The notes below the pieces were generated by a model that ran no database searches, was not told where the DNA came from, and worked only from the letters and a program-made list of their open reading frames with translations. Of a stretch of DNA of 26,685 bases, positions 22,446-26,685 are shown piece after piece. Every line of letters begins with the position of its first letter. Within the stretch, counting starts at the first letter, position 1. The position numbers and the translations under genes are program-made. The DNA comes from Xylographa opegraphella (lineage: Eukaryota): NCBI GenBank assembly GCA_022813865.1, contig JALDZX010000072.1:62001-88685 (forward strand), in the 5' to 3' direction.

Positions 22446-23346
22446 GCTCTAGTTCAGCGCTGGAACGCCTACATTGTTTCTGTACAATATCTTTTCTACA
22501 CGAAGATGCATACTTACGGTTTCGATGGCAGTTAGACCAGCATCTTTCGCGCCCCTCACTGCAACTGCGACTCTTCTCTGTCGTTTCTATCTTATCGCTT
22601 TGCGTACCGTAGTATAGGAAATCGACAAATCTACTGGCTTCTTTGTCTCACTTGGAGCAAAGGCGTTAGAGTCGAAAGTGGAACCGATTAAAAAGGCCCT
22701 AGATGAGCTCAACCTGAATGTGGGTGGATCCTTAGACAGCAGAAGTTGGAAGAAGACTACGGAACTGATTATAATCGGCATAAAGAATGAGATATTTCGA
22801 CGTTTACACCAGTATTTAGAAAAAGAAAATACATTCACCCTAGAGAGGTTGGATCAAATATAAGGACAGCAGGTCCCCCCTAATAGAAGCAGCACTTTGG
22901 GGACGAATCGAGAATGTCAAATATCTTCTGGAACATGGTGCAAATAGGAATCTTTGCGACATTCATGCCGTCAGGCTGCCGAACTTGCTGGGCTGTCCCT
23001 GCGAAATGACAAAGAGCGCTATCAGCGTTCCGGTGGAGAGGTTCAGGTGTACTGAGAAGTCACTTTCATTGCCAATCAAGCTGGGAGAGTGATCTTCAAA
23101 CTGCTAAAGGATTCGAAAGATCTTTCGAGTAGAGGAGTACCTACACATGATTAAGTATTTCAGGCACACTCACTCAAGAGGACAAATCGAGGAACTATTG
23201 AACTTATTGCACCGATCATAGAATTTTATGTTTCAAATGAGTGGAAGACTGTTGCGTCTCTACAGCGCCCATCAAATTACCCTTCAATAGCGGCCATAAG
23301 CGGCTGGAATCATGGAGAGACAAAGGTCACTGTATCGGGAAGAGAG
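22446..23346 (+). pseudogene. Degraded fungal Zn-knuckle + ankyrin + SsdA-like deaminase family gene (catalytic C-terminus missing)
   Basis: Manual translation across frames gives RWNAYIVSVQYLFYTKMHTYGFDGS*..RAPHC, VV*EIDKSTGFFV, the ankyrin SRSPLIEAALWGRIENVKYLLEHGAN, RNDKERYQRSGGEVQVY*E and EWKTVASLQRPSNYPSIAAISGWNHGETKVTVSGRE. Stops fall at 22533, 22615, 23053 and 23152, and there are frameshifts. The ankyrin is clear; the family call rests on recalled motifs. Confidence 0.7.
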
Positions 23347-23354
23347 GGATTAAA

Positions 23355-23503
23355 CAAGAAACTGAAGGAGCCGAATACATGGGTTAATGACAAGGGAAAT
23401 TCGATGAGACTGTTCTCGAAGAGGATATTAAGAAAATTGTGAACGAAAATGGATTCAAGAAAGATGAGCTTCTGAAAGATTACAGCTCCTCCCGATGCAA
23501 AGT
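23355..23503 (+). pseudogene. Fragment of a patatin-like phospholipase domain
   Basis: GKFDETVLEEDIKKIVNENGFKKDELLKDYSSSRCKV, followed by a GTACGT donor at 23504. It resembles the FD...LE..IK..........LL.D.....CKV segment of fungal patatin domains. No GxSxG or DGG motif is visible. Confidence 0.5.
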
Positions 23504-23595
23504 GTACGTCTTTCGGATTTTGCACCTAGAGTTCACTTACTAGTTGAAGTCTCATAGATTTGTGCGTGCGACAAGTTCTGATCGACTCTAGACAA

Positions 23596-26295
23596 TCATA
23601 CCGCCTCGTCTCCTTTCCATGAAGCTGCCTGCAGGGCGTTGCCGAAATGACCACCCTGAGCATTGATATCTGCCCCGTTGTTCAGCAGCAGCTTAACCAT
23701 CGCCTCGTGTCCTTCCGATGAAGCTGCCTGCAGGGCGTTTCCGAAATGACCACCCTGAGCATTAACATCTGCCTTCTCGTGGATGAGTACCTCTACTATC
23801 TTATCCAGGCCTACGCAAGAAGGAAAATCAGATCTGTCTCGTTCGCAAACACGTCGCGCCGCGCTTTCACAAAGAATACTGGATACCATGTCCAGAAAGA
23901 ACCCGATTTAGTACGACAAAGCTGGACTTCTTTGCTGAGTAGACTGATGTCAATCATATCTTGTCCCTTCTGAACGTGCTCTGCCCAATACTCAGCCGCA
24001 TACCGTATAAAAGTGAATTTATCTACCAATTGGCCAACTCGCTTTTCTATTACATACCAACTGAGGTTCGATAATCCCCACGATGGTTGAATCTGAAAGT
24101 CTTGTAAGCACAGAAAGAAAATGCATATTCTGGAAACAACTGCCTCGGCTAACACAGTATTGATCGGGCCCTGCCAGGAACTTACGCGATTGCTTAAGCT
24201 GAAGGTTGTTTGAGTTAAAAATTCTCGGGCTGTCTGATGAATTAGATATACTCGAGAATCGTAAACGCTTAGTAGGAGGCCGCAAAGGTCTTTTAAGCTC
24301 TCCTCAAAATGATCGTCAGATTCTACGTCCTCCTGGAAATCAGAGTAACGTTGGTAGTCTTCCTGTGTAAAAGCTAGTGCAACCTTAACCTCAGATACGG
24401 ACAGTGGCCTTTCCGCTGCAACAACAAGTTGAAGCAATAACTTTGCCTGTTCATAGTCTACGCTTTTGCTAAGCATCTTTTGATATGCTTCATTTATAGT
24501 TGGCGGTAATTCTTTGATTAAGTCTTTAATCTTCTTCTCTGTGCCACGTCCAGCAATGTTGTCTTTGATGAAGTCCAGTATCAGGTAGAGCCAGAGATAC
24601 GTTCGATTTTCTATACTCTGGAGGTGTTTAATAATTGCCTCTTGCACTGTCTTAGAGACTTTCGGGATATAATGTGGGACTTTTGCATCGATAACCAGGT
24701 TGATTTCTGCCGCGATAAGTGAAGCCTTCTCACTTCCGTCTAAACGAACGAATGCCGAGTTACCGCTCAGTAACCCGTACTGAGTATCGATATACCCATA
24801 TGGACGGCTTGTGATGAGTATCTTGAGTCTGCCTCCTGCTTTTTGGATTGCTTCACGGTCCGAGAAGTACTCAGTAATCTTTTGTACCGGTCTCTCGTGG
24901 TCCTGCTTCAAACACTCATCTAGAGCATCAATGATGCATATTACTTCGCCAACCATGGGATCCTCTAAAGTATTTCTAAAAACGTCCCAGAGCTCGTCAA
25001 ACATTGTAGAGAGTTTGGCTCCATGTGCCTCGAACTTCGTGATAGCGTGCACGGCCATGCCCTTTTGAGAAGGCTCTGTGTACAGTTGGTGGAGCATTGC
25101 TGCTATCGCATTCTCACATTTCTGCTGAGCCTCCTGCCCATCTTTGAAGAAGAAATAAAGTACGGATGCAGTCTTCGAAGTGGCTATCAGTCGGTCGTCG
25201 ATAAGATACCTTGTCAGTACTGACTTTCCACAGCCTGGACCGGCATAGACATGAAGCAATCGCGAATCTTTCGAGTCACGCCACTCACAAAACCTTTCAT
25301 CCTTAACAAACCATTCGCATGTCCCGATTACTCGCTGCGGGTTATTGTCCTTTTGTCTTTTGTAATCGCTTGACAAGCTCCGGACTAGCTCAATACGCTG
25401 AGAGTCTTGCTCCTTTGACAGTCTCTGTAACTTCTCTTGTCTGATATCGATAAGGGCTGCCAGAATCTGCGCAGAAACGTTGCACTGCTCGCTAAGCTGT
25501 AAGTACTGTTGGTTCCAACTTTCACGCCCTTTCTCCACATCAATAAGGGTGGTAAAGCGATCGCAACGCTCATCCCATTTGTCCACATCAGTCAAGAATG
25601 CCTCCCAGTCGTCCACTTTGGCCGCATTACGAAGGAAACGCTTGGTAGGATGCTTAGACAAATAGGTAAGCAAACGAGCCTGATACGTAAGGATAGAGCT
25701 ATATAGCTTGACGACAGTATCGTGGAAGGAAACATTAGTATTATCCAGGTAGAGCTCGTCCCATTCCATATAAAGTCCTATTAGAAAAGATACCCGGTCA
25801 AGGCCTTTCATCATGGTTTCGCTTTGTTCTTTCTGGTTGGGAACTAACTGTAAATAACAAGTAAGCCATACTGAACATTACTTAAGTACTCACAATCACT
25901 ACTCGTGGCACTAGCTATATATTAATAAAATAAGTTGAAAGCGGTCGTCTTACTGGTAGAAGAAAGGAGATACACGTCCAAGCTAATGCCGCATGAGGTT
26001 CCGAGCTCGATACTGCCTGTAAATAACATTGCGAATAGTCGATAAAGCTCACGATGTTCTGTCCGAGCTCGCGCAGCTTTAGAGACCTCCCCGCAAGCTT
26101 GATGGTCCACTGCTTGATCTGACGTTCCCGGAGTATCTTATCAATTAAGATTGTATTCTGCTCCGACAGTTGTCTTGCGTACTGGTTCAGGATATCTGCC
26201 TCTGCTTCGCTAAGTGCATCAAAGGCCCGCTTCCACAGAACCTTAGAGTCATGTGAAACAGACCTCTTGGGAGCCTGTCGTATACCTGTATACAT
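23596..26295 (-). pseudogene. Fungal NLR: NWD-NACHT-N-like N-terminus + NACHT NTPase + winged helix + ankyrin repeats; frameshift at ~23820 (pseudogene or truncated allele); intron 25848-25953
   Basis: Exon 1 has LWKRAFDAL...HAALAWTCISFLLP. The intron GTAAGA..TACAG joins it to the 667-aa ORF, which carries GTCEWF, Walker A AGPGCGKS, Walker B CIIDALDEC, ILITSRPY, TYLWLYL and VYLIHQTAREFL. That ORF stops at 23811, while the ankyrins (ADVNAQGGHFGNALQAAS x2) continue in another frame to 23596. Confidence 0.88.
23602..23773 (-). repeat. Near-identical 99-bp ankyrin-coding tandem repeat units
   Basis: 23602-23674 and 23701-23773 share CGCCTCGT..CCTT...ATGAAGCTGCCTGCAGGGCGTT.CCGAAATGACCACCCTGAGCATT.A.ATCTGCC at a 99-nt period. 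Confidence 0.9.
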
Positions 26296-26685
26296 TAAGT
26301 TGACATTTCAAGGATTAGAGTAGCTACTATAGTCATCCTATTTCGGCTCGCTTGGGTTTTCGCTTCGCGTGGATATCGTTTACAACACTATAACAGATAT
26401 CGAGGCATGTACATAGCCTTAGGTGTTGTAAAATTGAATTGGCGTTAGCTGACAGACCTGCGGCTGTGCGAAGCCGGTCATTTGCAGGCGCCCGGAAAAT
26501 ATAAAATCCGTCCCAGAACAGTAAGAGTTTTCCCGGCTCCGTGCACGGCCCGATGTTAATGCACACCCCCCCCAAACTTTCACCACCATCATTTTGTCGC
26601 AATATTTTAACAACTACTGTATTGTTTATTTTCACATTGATGTATCTTGTTCTATAGCTCAATGCGATAATTTCTAGCTAACCAT

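Noticed and set aside
23310..23525. Minus ORF as a possible final NLR exon (GTATGA at 23601, TAG acceptor at 23526)
   Set aside because: The peptide is not ankyrin-like and is antisense to the patatin-like fragment; it also lies downstream of the frameshift.

Overview
Eukaryotic DNA from a filamentous ascomycete (Pezizomycotina inferred from short GT-AG introns with CTRAC/CTAAC branch sites and from gene content). The left ~17 kb is ordinary: a GC-rich putative mitochondrial protein, a degenerate AMP-binding (ANL-like) membrane protein, SDH3, a DyP-type peroxidase, a DUF6536-like membrane protein and a nitronate monooxygenase ending in SKL. The right ~9 kb looks accessory. It holds two tandem paralogous small Cys/His-motif proteins, a bacterial-type Zn-dependent phosphatidylcholine phospholipase C, and a pseudogene the ORF track misses (Zn-knuckle + ankyrin + SsdA-like deaminase family, degraded largely by transitions) abutting a patatin fragment. 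It ends with a convergent NACHT-ankyrin NLR whose sensor repeats are cut off by a frameshift. All family calls come from motif recognition by eye; no database search was run.
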